A stretch of 64,000 nt of DNA from Amoebidium appalachense (GCA_963693365.1 CAVNZM010000009.1:3914646-3978645); one strand, 5' to 3'. Counted from the first letter of the stretch, positions 14,981 through 35,726 are shown. Translations and numbers: made by a program. Notes: generated by a model not told the origin, from the letters alone.

Positions 14981-15406
14981 GGGGTGGGGGGGGGGGGGAG
15001 GGGGGAAGGGGGCCTGGGGGAGAGTGGGGGGAGGGGGGAGAAGAGGAGGGACCACACACCGCCAAGCTCGTTTACACAAGTCCATAGGCCTCGGTACAGA
15101 GGCTCCCCATTGATGCCGGTGAGCTTCCCAATTTGGAAGGTGTGGTCGGCCTTGAGCACGTTGTTTACGGGCTTGAGCTGCGTGTCCAGGCTCTGGTACT
15201 TTGCCGTGCGGTCGCTGAACTCAGTATACACGGCACTCAGGTATTTGCCTGAACCCCAAGTACTGTTAGAACTCCACCACCCTCCCATCAGGACCATCCC
15301 CCCCATTCCCTCTAGTCCCTCGTGTTCATCTCACCTCTCTGTATTTTCGTAAGTCTGTATGGCTTTTCCCATCTCAAAAACGCTACACACCCATCTCCCG
15401 GCCGTT

Positions 15407-15458
<52 letters not shown>

Positions 15459-15638
15459 CCCCCCGCCCTCCCGGCGCGCGCAAACCCTCCAAGTCATTGC
15501 ACCAACTTTCACCTTCTTTCCCCTTTGTGCCCCATCTGCAGTTTGTCCCCTGCACGTCCGTTTGCCCTTCCCCCCACACCCTCCTGCCACTACTATAATA
15601 ACCATTAAGTACCGCCACCAAGATCCAGTCTACCACCA

Positions 15639-15685
<47 letters not shown>

Positions 15686-15828
15686 CTCTCCACCTCCTTT
15701 CCCCCAACACACACAGACACACATGCGCACACCCACCATTCATTCTCAGGCATAACAGTTCTCCACGATTTCCCAAGCACACTCACTGGTACATGGACCG
15801 TTATGCTTTCACCCCTCTGATGATCCCT

Positions 15829-15871
<43 letters not shown>

Positions 15872-15951
15872 ACCACCACCACCACCACCACCACCATGAC
15901 TGATTGCCACCACCACCACCTAATCCATCACCATGTCCCCCCTCCCCCCCC

Positions 15952-15982
<31 letters not shown>

Positions 15983-17379
15983 ACACACGGACCCACAAGT
16001 ACACGCACACTCACAGGCGCACATCCACCACCACACATCCACCACCACCATAATAGAAACTTATTGACCACACTTCCAAAACCCATTTCCAAGTCCCCCC
16101 CCCCCCCCAAAAAAAAAAATAAAAAATAATAAAACAAAACCCTACCAAGCCAACCCAAAAAATGCCCAAGCACGTGCATACAAAACAATGGGGACCATTT
16201 ACACACCCAAAATGCAGTGCACACTTGCCTGAAGGCACATGTCCAGCGTAACCATTTTTGTCACCAAACGCCGAGAACTTAGCCGCCTGCTCCTCTGGGG
16301 GAAGTTCTGTCAGGCGCTGGTCGTGGGGGCGGAAATCGTTACGCTTTTTGAGTTCATACTTGGTCCAATGCAGCGCCCTCGAGTAATACAGGAGCCGCTG
16401 CTCGTCGTATCGCTGCTTGTGGAGCTCCGAGAGGAGGGTGGCAAAGGCGTTTGGGCCCACACCTTTGTCTGCCAGTGCACGCAACAATGTTACCACCTTT
16501 AGGTCGAGCCCACTGCGGTGGCTAAGGTAGGCCGGAAACTGATCACGCATGAAGAGTGGAAGGCGTTTAATTGTCTGGGGGTTTGTGCCGGCAAAGTTTT
16601 TTTTGCATGTGTCACAAAAGTACCGGGCCGTGATAATGTAGTAGCAGCTGTCAAAGTCGATAACACGCCGTCCTACGGGGTTGCTCATGAACCCATTGCG
16701 AGAAGTACGGTGTGGGTTGGGGTGGTTGTGGGGGTCCACGTAGTGATCATCGAAGGGGCACGGCACCATGAAACCGGGAGACAACCTTTCCGGAAGCCAG
16801 GCAAAACATCTGGGTTTGTAGAAAGGCGCTGGATCGCCCCCAAAATTAAAGCCTATAATGGGAGGTGGAAGATGCCACCCCACAGGCGTCTTCTCATCTT
16901 TGAGACTCTCTTTCACTGTGTGCAGGTGCGACTTGATTGTTTCGCCCGCCGCGTCAGAAAACTCCTCTCCACCGTCATCCCCGTCCGTATTATCTTCTCC
17001 CTCTTCCTCCCCTTCATCCTCGTCTACCCGGTACGCATCTGCTGCTGCATTTAGCAAAGGTTCCTCGTCGGGTTGCACCTGTATGTCTGGTGGGTGTGGA
17101 GCAGGGGCCCGATCCATTTCTCTTGGTAACGAATGGACGCTACCTGCCTCAACTACACGGGCCCTTATGTCGGCGGCCTTAGATAGAGGGGGCTGTTCGG
17201 GTTGTACGTTTACGTTTAGTTCCTGCAAAACAGCTTTGTTTGCCGTCCCAAAACCTGCAAAGTTCGCTAAAGGCTGAACAAATGCAGCATCTTTTTTTTT
17301 TGCGCCCAGCTCCCTCCCTAGCTCCGCCTGTTTTATGCCCAGGGCGCTGTGTTGTGCCCTTAGGGCAGCCTGGCTTCAT
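9453..17379 (-). CDS. Zisupton/KDZ-type DDE transposase (~1540 aa) with DUF6729-like N-terminal Zn region, inserted DEDDy 3'-5' exonuclease and C-terminal Cys cluster
   Basis: Exons 17379-16229, 15248-15060, 14068-13238, 12756-12116, 11658-11452, 11051-9453 join in phase, apart from a 1-nt shift in the A10 run at 17292-17301. Transposase motifs: RYFCDTC...FPAYLSHRSGLD, KADHTF, YTDRCCQDR, VLNDAFH, RRVIPDP, GCLSDPPG, YRCIRGTNEVEG. Exonuclease motifs: GLDCEW...IGTD...YAALDA. Confidence 0.85.
14160..14460 (+). repeat. Degenerate ~60-bp tandem repeat in transposase intron
   Basis: About six copies of cccc(c/t)aaacccatgtgcccaca..ctttcccc. Confidence 0.7.
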
Positions 17380-18115
17380 TTTAAACACTTGGGGCCTGGC
17401 CCCCTGCCCCCCTAGTGCGACTACGTTACCGCAAACATTCCCGTATTCCAGTGTGCTCGGCAATGCTGCTCATGGCCTTCCCGGACTGGTTGTGACCAGT
17501 AAAGAGCGCGCCAATTCCTGACCGCCGCCTACAGCAGTGTATGATCTGTTATCCATATTCGGCAAAAGGGGTCTTGCCCAACCAATGGCTTGAATCCTTG
17601 TAACTTTGCTTTATCCATATAAGGTTAGCTGAACACCCCCCCTCCAATCATACCCCCCCCTTCTCTCTAGTAGTAGCTCCTGGCATGCCGCACCCCCCTT
17701 GCTAAATATGATTCTCCCGAAGTCCCCTGGCTGACTCAGCCCTGCCTCCCGTGATAGCTTCCCGAGACTCATGGCCCTTCTGTTTGTCTGAATCTCAAGC
17801 ACTTTCTTCCTTCGAAAGTTTTTTGGAGTTTCCTTGCAAGCGCTATTTCCTACGACCCTGCCACCACAAAAACAACCACAGCTTCCCTGTATTGCACGTC
17901 CTGAGAATTTATTAGCCGTTATTCATGAACCCAGATCCAAACGTATACATGGAAGCTAATGCATCACACCTCTAGCCTGCTAGCCTCCACGTATTACTTT
18001 GCTTGACCGTCCATGTCTCATTTCGAAAAGCTCTCAAAACACACTATATTAGGAGCCTAAAGGCTTTATACGCCTGCCCCTATAGATTCAAATCGTTCAA
18101 CTGGAGCGTTGCATC

Positions 18116-18163
18116 GCGGGCACCCCCTGAACTGTGGTTGCGGGCACCCCCTGAACTGTGGTT
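18116..18163 (+). repeat. Exact 24-bp tandem duplication
   Basis: gcgggcaccccctgaactgtggtt x2. Confidence 0.85.
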
Positions 18164-18624
18164 GATTAATGCTTCACCACCACCTGGCTAAGTGATGAAG
18201 TCGGTCTACAAAGTGATACTATAGCTCTTGGTCGAAGACGTTTGTATAGCACAAGCCACTGCAGGCTCCTGCCTTCCATGAGTGAGGAGGTTTAGGTGTA
18301 CGCGCACACAGACACACACACACACGCGCGCGCGCGCACACACACACACACACATACATAGACGTGCACGCGCACACAAACGCACACACACACACACACA
18401 CACACACCTCTCTCTCTCTCTCTCCCCACTTCCCCCCTCCTCATTCTCTCGCTGTCTTTTTCGTCCCCTCATTTACCCTCCCCCCCCCCCCTCCCCCTCA
18501 CAGGGCCTTCCTTTCTCGTCTCTTTCTCTTCAACCCCCTCCACCCTTCCTTGCCCACCACCACCACCACCACACCACCACCACCAGCACCACCACCGACC
18601 CAGCAACACCTCTTCTAAGGTACA

Positions 18625-24459
<5,835 letters not shown>

Positions 24460-24678
24460 CGTAATTTTTCGTGTATAATTTTGGTTATCCGTTCATGTAT
24501 ATATATATATGTAAAGGCTAGATTTCAGGGACAGACAAGTGTGAAGTTGATGGTTTTGGACTGTTTATTTTTAAGTTGCTCTGTCTATCGATGGTCGAAG
24601 GACATTGAAAACTTACTTGCAGAACGAAGGTACTTATGCATTTGATTGATAAAAGCAAGGCTTTTTTTTTTTTTTTTT

Positions 24679-24709
<31 letters not shown>

Positions 24710-25136
24710 GGGGGGATCAGTAGGTACATATGCACGAATATTCAATATTGTTCATATCCGATGCATACTTTTGTACGTATTTCATTAGGAGTCCTTGTTC
24801 ACAATTGCCCCCATGGGGCACTCGCCCCTCCCTCCGCTCCCCTTTTGCAAGGATCGGGTTTGTGTATAAATGTTTATCATGATTATATTGAATGAAGACA
24901 GGCACAGAGATATGTGTAATGTTTGTGAATCATAATAGTGTGCGGCGTGTGAATTTCTGCCGAAAAATGTGTTGGCCATGGTGTGTGTACACGTGGTCGC
25001 AGGATTCGGAAGATTAAAGCACATGGGTACTTGTTGACTAACTATTATGCATAGTATGATGTATGCAAATAAACCCTGTTTCAGAATGAATGTGGGTGTG
25101 TGTGTGCGTGACGTGTGTGTGTGTGTGTGTTTGTAC

Positions 25137-25167
<31 letters not shown>

Positions 25168-25986
25168 CGCGTGTGTGTACACATGTGTGTATGTGTGTAA
25201 GTTAATGTGTGGGTTCCCCTTGCACGCCATGCATGGGTATGTGCTTGTGTAGTTGTGTTTATGCTCATGTGTGGGGTTTAGATTTCCCACTGTGCATAAC
25301 ACGTGCATTAGTGTTGCGTGTGCGTGACGTAGTGACTGAGCCACGGTTCTCTCTGTTCAGATGCGTGTGTGTAGGGGCATGTGTACATGAATTTGAAAAC
25401 AACCAAAAAATCAGGAATATATGGCAATCTAAAAAAAAAATTGTATGGACCAATAGTTCGTGCGCGATCGCCCCGACTAGCCAAATATAGAAACTTGGAT
25501 GGGAAGTTTTGGCGCGCAAAATTAAAGTTTTTTAATTCAATAACAACCAAAAAAGTAGGAAAATGCATGTGTGTTCACGATGTGTGTGTGTGTGTACATA
25601 TGCATGTGTGTGTGCATGTGCGTACGTGTGTACCTATGCACGTGTTTGTGTGTGTGTGCACGAGCGCATAAATGGCATTGCATATGTGTGACGAATTTCA
25701 CTGCACCGTACATATACATGAACCAGCATGTGTTGGAAATACACATGTGTATGTTCTCACAGCCAATGCCATGCTGTGGGTCGCGGTGTGCTTGTGTATG
25801 TTCGGCCTCCCTCCCTCCCGCGGTAGCCGGAGGCAGGCGTGCTGTCCTGCCCCGACATGTGCATGTCGTGTGTGTTCTCCCTGTGGCCGTGACATGAGAT
25901 CCGATTGGCTGGCTCAGTATGATGGTCGAATACTATGGTGGGAGTGCCTGTGGTTCCTTCCCCTTCCCCCCCTCCCCCCCCCCCTC

Positions 25987-26140
<154 letters not shown>

Positions 26141-26779
26141 AAAAAAAAAAAAAGAAAAACTTCCTCCCCAGACCAAAACATCAACGTGGAGGCAAAGGCA
26201 TCAAGGCGGAAATCGGCGAAGCGCCCTCCCGTGTGCTGATATAACGGATGAGAAACCAAACAAGCTCAAACAACTTCAATTGCAGCTTACTTGCAAGGAA
26301 AACCTTGCTCAGATCTGACACTCTAACGAAGCCTATATGCACCTCACCTCCCTCCCTCCCTACCTCGGGTCATGATCACTTCCTTCTCTCTCTAGTTCTA
26401 GCTCCCTTCGCTCCTCTCTCTCTCTTCCCTCTTTGCCTTTCGCAGAGTCTCTCGCCCCTGGCCTGGCCATCACTTATGACTGTTCTTGCATGCACATGCC
26501 TACATAGGAAGGGTTTTCAGGCCCGACGAGTCAGAGTCCTTGTCCGTAGCTCACGTAGCCATCTTTGCACAGGTGTCGTCGATATGCAAAGGGGGAGGGA
26601 GAGGGAGAGCGGGACCCGGCGAAACCCTAATAAGTGAACAACAGGAAAAGAAGCCCACCAAGCACGACATCCACACATGCTGATAAAACATGAGCGCAAT
26701 AACACGGGGGGGGTGGGGGGTGGGGGGAGAGGGAACGTGGGGAAAAAAGGGAAAAGAAAGGGAGGGGAAAAAACCCCAC

Positions 26780-27026
26780 CCGATGCTGCAGTGTAGTTGT
26801 TCACCCATCTATGTCCCTGGCATTCTCTCTCTGGGGGACACCCCTCAGGGATGGTGTTAAAGTCCATTAGAGCATCTTGGTCTGATACCACATACCCGTC
26901 GAACCGGAAACGGTCTCTGAGTATTTCTTTAAGAAGCAGCTTGCTTGCGCATGCTGGGATTCCGTTAACGCGGTTGTAACTGCACATGATGGTTTGTACC
27001 CCTGCATCTACGCACGCCTGTAGATG

Positions 27027-27091
<65 letters not shown>

Positions 27092-27112
27092 TGTGTGTGT
27101 GAGGGGTGGTGT

Positions 27113-27205
<93 letters not shown>

Positions 27206-27361
27206 GGTGGGTGGGTGCGACACATTTTTTTGTTGGGGGGGGGGGGGGGGGGGGGGGAGGAAGGTTAGTTTAAAACCGCCTGCAAAGGAGGGAGCATTCA
27301 GCTAAGAAGACAAAACAGACGGGGGGGGTTATGAAATCTTCTATCTGCCAAGCTTAGCCCC

Positions 27362-27395
<34 letters not shown>

Positions 27396-27876
27396 GGCCA
27401 TAAGATGGTGTCGCATATCGTTTGTCCTTTGTTGCCTTCTTCTGTCACTTGCGCTCACTGTCTACCTGGATTTCTCGCTTCAAACCCCTCCCCCCCCCCC
27501 CCCCCCCCCCCCTTCCACCCCGACCATCCCCCCCCCCCCCCCCCCCCCCCCCCCTCTCCCCCCCCCCTCCCCCCCTGATCACCACCACCACTCAACCCCC
27601 TCTCCCTCCCCCCTCCCCAATGAAATACAGCGTGAGGAGGTAAGTAGAGTGGGGGGAGGGGGGGGGGGGAGGGGGGGGGGAGGGGGGTAATCTTGCAAAC
27701 ATGCACCTTGAAAGCAGGCAGGAAGGTGACGTGCAGATCCGTCATCGACACTTTTGCATCGAACTTGTGTCTTGACGTGGGGTAGGTGTCTGGGCCTGCA
27801 TGCACGGCATAGTGCTTGCACCCTGCTATGGCACGCTTGTAGCGGGGATGGGGGCCCTGCGTACGAGTACGTACGT

Positions 27877-27955
<79 letters not shown>

Positions 27956-28377
27956 CGTGTGTGTGTGTGTGGATGTGGGGATGTAGATCATCGTGTCTGT
28001 TTTTGGATTTAGTGTGAAAAAGTGGGTTAGTGAGAGCTCTGGCGGTTATGGAGAAAACTTATTTGCAGGTGACGAGCAGATTGGAATGGTGGTAGGGAAC
28101 TGGAAGGGACGGAAGGAGGGAGAAGAACACATATGGGCACTCACATGTGTACGAGGTTGTAAGCAAGTGATGATGTGTGTTCATGTTACTAAAGAGTGTT
28201 CCGTCTTGAACACTGTTCACGGGCATGCTACCAAATCCGTATGATATGTATCAATGATGAACAGCAACCCATGGCTCTGAAAGTATTTCTACAACATTTG
28301 TAAACGCCCGTGATGAGCTTTTTTTTTATCTTTTTCTCCTTTCTCCTTTCTTCTTTTTTTCCTTTTTTCCTTTTCTA

Positions 28378-28421
<44 letters not shown>

Positions 28422-28676
28422 CTCTCCTGTCCCTTCCCCTCCCGCAACCCCTTCCTCCTTTTTTCTCTTTTTTTCCCCTTTGCTTTCATTTCTTTTCTTA
28501 CTTTTTTTCATTCATTTTTTTTCCCCCCTTTTTTTCTTTCTTTTGGGGGGGGGGGGGGGGGGTATTCCACCTGCAGGCCTGTGACGTAAGCATGAGCCAT
28601 GGATGCCGTGAGGTAGGGATCCTCCCCGTAGGTCTCCTGCCCACGGCCCCACCGTCCATCACGGAATATGTTCACC

Positions 28677-28772
<96 letters not shown>

Positions 28773-28778
28773 GTCTGT

Positions 28779-28869
<91 letters not shown>

Positions 28870-29417
28870 GCACGGGTGCGCTTGTGTCCATACATTACGT
28901 ATATATCCTAAATCGAGCAAACGTGCATGTGCCAGGTGTGAAAGAAGAATAATAAACACTTCAAGGCACGAGGAAGGAGGGAAGGAATGGAGGAGGGTCG
29001 GAAGGAGCAGGGTAAAAGGGAACAGAAGGAGGGATGTCGGGGGAGGAAGGGGGGGGGGGGGGGGGGGGGGAGTGGATTTTGCACAAGTACATACAAATCG
29101 TGTGAGCAAGTTGAAAAAAACAGCCTATGCATGGAGGCTCAAACGGCAGCTGATTTCATGACTCTTACTTTTTCCGCTTCCCGCCGATACTTCTAGCCGA
29201 TTGCCTTTCTTGTCTTTCCCCCCCCCCCCCCCCCCCCCCCTTCCCCCCTAAAACACTTCCTTATCCCCCCCCCTCCCCACCACCACCAACACCACCACCA
29301 CCCACCCACCCACCCACCCACCATTCCTGCCTAGATCCCGTTTCCCCCCTCCCCCTTACCATTCCCCTCTAAACTCACCATCATTGATTGCACCAAAAGC
29401 ATTCAGCAATTACAATA

Positions 29418-29470
<53 letters not shown>

Positions 29471-29614
29471 GCGCACACACACACCAAAAAATGTTTTTAA
29501 AAAACGTTCCAGCACAGCCGCCACAATCACATATACACTTACACATAGGCAAATAAAACGAGAAAGGAAAAGAAAGCAAAGAAGAAAAGATGAACATGAC
29601 GAACAAAACAGAGG

Positions 29615-29657
<43 letters not shown>

Positions 29658-30471
29658 AACATAATCCCACCTGGGCTCCAGCACGACAACCCCGTATGGA
29701 ACATAAACTGTCCCCTCGAGCTGTAGTCGTTGTTCTTAGCCCTGACCTCGGTGCCTATTGCAGTTGCTACCTCTTGCATGAGCTTAACATTCCATGTCGA
29801 CGCTATGCCCATCGCCTGCGTGAACCCTGTTGTCGGGCCCGTGGGGGCGTAGATGTCCCCTGAGATGCACTCTGTCCCCCACTGAATGCATGGTTAAATT
29901 TTTAATGAGTTGGGGTGATTGGGTAATTAAATGTAATGTTGGTCAAAGTGGGTTGGTTAGTTGTGAGGTTGGGATTTAGGGTAGCCCATTGCAACACGTT
30001 GTGAACTTAGCTTGTTGGGTTGATTGGTTCATAAGTGGGTTGGTCGGTTATAGGGGGTTATTTTTAGATATCCGGGTCGGGTCAGACCCGAAAGCAGTTT
30101 ATTTCCTTTTGGTCATACGCCAAATGCGCACCAAACAGCATTTTGGCCTGACCCGAAAGGGCCTATAGATCATCCTAAATAAACGAACCCTCTTCAAAGT
30201 GGGTTAATTCGGTTAATAATAGGTAATCTTGAGTGTGTAGGACTTGGTGTGTGGTTTTGAACGTAGCCGTTGAAAAGCCCTACAAAAATAGCCGACAGCT
30301 GGTTGTTACCACTCTAAGTGTTATGACTCCACACGACCTGATGTTTGTTCCAGTATCAGGGTTACAACATGCGTGGAAAACATGCAAAAAAAAAAAAAAA
30401 AAAAAAAAAAAAAGGAGAGAGAGAGAGATCATCGAGAATGGGGGAAGGAGGGGTGAGGGGGAGGGTTGAAT

Positions 30472-30513
<42 letters not shown>

Positions 30514-30620
30514 GGATGCATGGTTGATACATAATCTACTCCAAAAGAATGCCATGTAAATAAATGCAGTGTACATGATGAATGTAAGCCTATTGAGCCT
30601 GCATCAAAACACAGCAAAAT

Positions 30621-30654
<34 letters not shown>

Positions 30655-30954
30655 GACCCACCCCACCCTACACCCACCCACACCTACATCTACACTCATC
30701 CACATAACCACAACCACCATCACCACCCACCCGTCCCTCGGTGGATTCTCCCATGCTCATTCACAAGAGCTATTCCTGCCATTTTCGTGACAGCACGTAA
30801 AATGAAGCAGGACACATGAAGCTGATGCATCCCCCCCTTCTTCCCCCCCCCCCCCCCCCCCCCCCCACCCCCACCACCACCACCACCCCCCTCCCCGGGC
30901 TCCTCCTCTCCCCAAACCCAACCACCACCACCATCACCACCACCTCGACCCCCT

Positions 30955-30996
<42 letters not shown>

Positions 30997-31018
30997 AATA
31001 GGAAAAAGGAAAAAGGAA

Positions 31019-31054
<36 letters not shown>

Positions 31055-32049
31055 TGAAGAAAAAAAGAGATACAGAAGGAAAGATAATGAAAAAGAAAAG
31101 GAAAATAAGAGAACGAGAAAGAGAAAGAAAGAATTTAAATAAAATGTGAAGGATCATAGTGGGTTATAAAAAAAGCTGCCTGGAGGCGAGTAGGGGGAGA
31201 AAAACAAGGAAATCAGGTCAAGCAAACAAACAGACAAAAAACAAACAAAAAATTAATTAAAAAATACCTTGAAAATAGCAACAACAACAAATTTTAGAAT
31301 TGACAAAAAACCTTCCCTGGTAGGGCCGTATGCCGAGACGTTCAATTGCAGGGGCAGGGCCATTGTGTTCGGCACCTAAAAGGAGAAAGGAAAAAGTGAG
31401 AGGACAGGTGTGTGTATGTTGGGGCAGGGGTGAAGGGGGGGGGGGGGGGGGGGGAGAGAGGAGGATGCGCGGGAGGGGAGGGATGGAGAGGTGGTTGTGG
31501 TGTTGTGTGCGTGCGTGTGTGTGTGTGTGTGTGGGAAGGGAGGGGGGGGGGGGGGGGGGAGAGGTCAGCTTTAGCACTGAGATCTGTATATGTTAGATAA
31601 GGAGATACGTTCTAAACGATTGCCCTTGCTTTCTCTCTCCCTATCTCTTCCCCCCCCCCCCCCCCCCCCCCACCCCACCGCACCCTCCCCACCCCCTGCG
31701 CCCTCCCTACTCCCTCTTTCATATCTCTGCCTCACCCATACTCCCGGCCCCTCCCTTCATTCCCCTCCCCCCCATCCCCCCAACACTATCTTCTCGCCCC
31801 CCCCCCCCCCCCCCCCCTTCTGCGTAACATGAGGCTCCCCCCTGTCCTCTTACACCGCATGCCGATATCCATGAGAAGGCAGAAAAAATACTCCACCTTC
31901 CACCTTCCTGTCGCTATTACTCATACTTACAAAAAAAAGAAAACACCAGTCTACCGACTTCCTTCTTTCAGAGCATGTAATTAGAGCAGCCATCAATGGT
32001 ACTTACAAGCAGGAACGAACAAGCTCCCAGACCTGCACATGCCTGCTGC

Positions 32050-32085
<36 letters not shown>

Positions 32086-32949
32086 CCCCCCGACGTCGCA
32101 TATGGAGGGCACATGCTCAGCAAACAGATACGAGCGCATAGCTTTCGGCTTAGTGTTCACTTTCCTCAACAAATAGGTTCCTCACATACTATCCTCACAT
32201 CACGCCTCTGCCATCCGGAACACCCAGTAACCCATTCTCCACAATATGCGATCTGACAAATAAGATTCATTAATAAATGCACACAGAAAGTAACGTAGCA
32301 CATGCATGCCACTATGTGCGAGCGGATTATATAAAATTTACACGTTCCTGTTGTTTGCATGCAAGACAAGGCATTCTAGGTGCCACGAGCTTTGAAAACC
32401 CATGTGTCCTCACTATACTCAGGCTCATCCCCACGCATTGTCTTTCCTCTCCACTTCTATGCTCTTCTTACAACTTCATCTTTCAGCCGGAGGAAAGAGG
32501 GATAAAGGCGGAGGGGGGGGGGGGGAGGGAGGGGGTGGGGGGAGGGGGGCTGCTCCCCCGGCCCACACTGCTTCGCACATCATAAGGCAACTACGTCGCG
32601 AGGGGGGAGCGGGAGGGGGGAGGAGTGGCGGATGAGGGAGGGTGAGATGGGGAGAGGTTGGGGGGCGGGAGGATGTAGCATGGCGAGGGGAAGGGGGAGG
32701 AGGAAGAGGGATGGGGGGGGAAGGGGGGGGGGGGGGGGGGGGGGGGAGAGTGTTACCCCCATGGGACACCTGAGCCACCTTCTCATCGAGTGTCAGTCTG
32801 GACACGATGTCTTTAGCCCTTTCCTCAAGCGAAAGTTTTATGTCTCGAAAGGGATAACCCTCGTTAGTCACGGTGCTTTCGAGTTTCTGGGAGGCAGATG
32901 TGAAGGATGCTGCCCAGAGCAAAACGACGAAACTTACATGTCTCGCCAT
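26780..32949 (-). CDS. Glycoside hydrolase family 3 (beta-xylosidase/beta-glucosidase-like), secreted; N-terminal barrel only, possibly a pseudogene
   Basis: Exons 32949-32757, 31375-31317, 29881-29671, 28677-28571, 27856-27707, 27017-26780 (~319 aa). Signal peptide, then YPFRD...[52 protein letters not shown] and FDGYVVSD (nucleophile Asp). Exon-2 donor reads GG, and no C-terminal domain exons were found. Confidence 0.88.
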
Positions 32950-33857
32950 GGTTGGGGATGACAACCGTGTGGTGTTCTAAAAGAATATTGAATTTGTAGA
33001 TGCAACGATGCCTTGCTTTTTTGTCTATCCCTCTACCTACATGTGTATTACCAGCCGCGCTGGTGCCACCGGAGAGCTCAACTTGAAGCGCCCGTCCACC
33101 TTCACAGCCAAAGTGTCCAACTTGAAGCCCGCGTTTTTGTTTTTGTTCGTCCGTTTTGTTCTCGCAAAGTTTGTTTTTCTTTCCTGTTTTGGCAATGGTT
33201 ACATTGGTTAGCACACACTGATTGGTTAGTATTTGAAATGGTGACGTCACAGGGGCTCACGGCCCAGCACAGCCTATCCTTGGCCTGGCAGCGCTCATTT
33301 TCTTTTCAAATGCTTTTTCTAAAGTTTCTTAGTCCCCCCTTAGGCCTTGACTTCTCGAATAACAGAGCTATATTTCTGGGTTGTGATCAGGCGTTGTAAT
33401 CGTTGTGACCTCGTGGATCACAGGGTTTCAAGTTCCCCTCCACACCATCCAACATGGGGCAAAGCGGGGAAAGCATCAGCAACGGCGGTGCCTTGGTTCC
33501 GGCCCCTCACACCAGCACCCAAGGTGTGTATTACATAGGGCTTGAAGTGGCAGTGCATTTGCTTTATTCAGGCAGTGGAAGGGACAGGGCTGATGAGAAT
33601 GGTGGCTTTACTAAGCATTCATGCATTATTGCCGTTATGCGTAAGTTGTGTTGCTCATTATTGCTGTGGCTTTGGGATCCTGGCTTTCTTCGCCGCAGTA
33701 GCGTTTGCATCTGTGCTTTCGTTTGTTCTTTGTTCGCCAATCAGACGTTCTTTTACGGCTGTGTCTCCCCCCCCCCCCCCCCCCCACCCCACCCCCAATA
33801 TACATCCCCCTCTCGCTCGTCTCTCTCTCCCTCTCTCTCTCCCTCCCTCCCCCCCCC

Positions 33858-33927
<70 letters not shown>

Positions 33928-34165
33928 AATCAAAAACTATGGTTGTTGTGTAGTATGAATAACATATTATGTAATTCTAGATGATTAGTTTATAAGAAGG
34001 GGTTTTAACGAGAAAATTAACGCATTGCTCCAAGTTTTTCAACCATTGATGTACATCACAATTCTTCGAATGTAAAACAACGTCCCATATCACACTTTTC
34101 TTTTTTGCCATGAAATTGGCCTCCTCTTCAGCTCACAGTTCGGAATGCCAACATTCTCTGCATCC

Positions 34166-34200
<35 letters not shown>

Positions 34201-34449
34201 CGGCGCCCGTGGCCCTCTTCCCCTCACTCCCTTCACTCTTCCCCCTCCCCGAGCACGGATGTAACATAACGGTGTACATGTGTGGACGCTTGCAAGCGCA
34301 AGTGTGCGGTGTTCATGTGTACGTGTGCCTGTGTCAGCCCGCGCAGGAGCGCGCATGCTCGGGGGTATGTGTCTGTTTATGGTGTGTGTGTTTGTTTTCG
34401 TGTTTGTGTTTGTGTGTGTGTGTGTGTCTGTGTCTGTGACTACAGTGAC

Positions 34450-34516
<67 letters not shown>

Positions 34517-35686
34517 TGTGTGCGCTTGTATGCATGTGTGTGTATGTGCGCGCGTGCAAGCGCGAAGGGATGTGGAGACGTGTGTGCGTGTGTGTTTGTG
34601 TGTGTGTTGTGTGCGTGTGTATGCATATGTGTGTGTATGGTGTACATGATTGGACGCGTGTGTAAAATTGTATAAGTATTTGGGATGTAAGCAGAGACAC
34701 AGTGGTGCAGTGTGAAAACACCACAGACACACAACAACAAAACACGGAACAATCGGAGCAGTGTACACAACAGACATCAATGTTTAGACACGACTGAACT
34801 CAATTTATTTTGATCTTCGAATAAATACCTGAAATTCCTCTAAGTCTAATCCATACATGATTTCCGACCAGTCGGAAATCAGATCTATCTCTAATAGAAA
34901 CCAATCACTAAGAACCAATTGCTTTCAGAGAGATCTGGTACGCGGAGACGTACACGATAGGACACAGACACTAGTTAAGATCAACTCGTGTCATCATCAA
35001 GGAAGTTCTAACCTATAACACACTGCAAAGACTCAGACATATCACACTTAACCTTGATGATTGGTTAAAGCCCGGCAACACATGAAAACTAAAGTAAATT
35101 AATGAAGTCTAATCACACATGTTATTCTAAGTGTAGCCTAAGTGTGTTACCGTCCAATGAACACGTATTAAGTAACACAAATCTACCTAACATATATTAG
35201 TAGAAAAGAAATACGATTATACACATGAAGACAAGGAGAGAAAGAAAAGAAAATAAGGAAGGAGAAAGAGAAAGGAAAAGAGAGCACAAATCAACAAACA
35301 AGATAGTAATAGCATAACTATAACCAGAGATATTTATGTACACACAAACATGTACACATCTCTCCCTGAGTGGGTGGATCCGTGTACACACATATAAATA
35401 TTCTAATCGATATCACAATACACGATTGGAGCCGATACAACACGATTACAAGTATACAAGCATATCGGAGATCGATGCTACACTTTACATAATAGGAGTG
35501 TGGCATTTACACTAAGCATATGAACTGAAACATAACACAAACTGAGAAGATCTTACCATATGTAAATATTACGTATTACAACAGCGTGCCCGCAAAAGTG
35601 TGTGTGTGTGTGTGTGTGTGTACGTGTGCCTGTGTCCGTCTGGACAGGAGCGCGCATGGGCGGACGTGTGTGTGTGTGTGTCTCAT

Positions 35687-35726
<40 letters not shown>

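Noticed and set aside
18219-18270. Possible further GH3 exon (GACSGLCYTNVFDQEL)
   Set aside because: Ends in a stop, has no diagnostic GH3 motif, and lies beyond an intervening opposite-strand gene.
30050-30192. Possible small MITE in a GH3 intron
   Set aside because: Terminal inverted similarity is weak and no target duplication was found.
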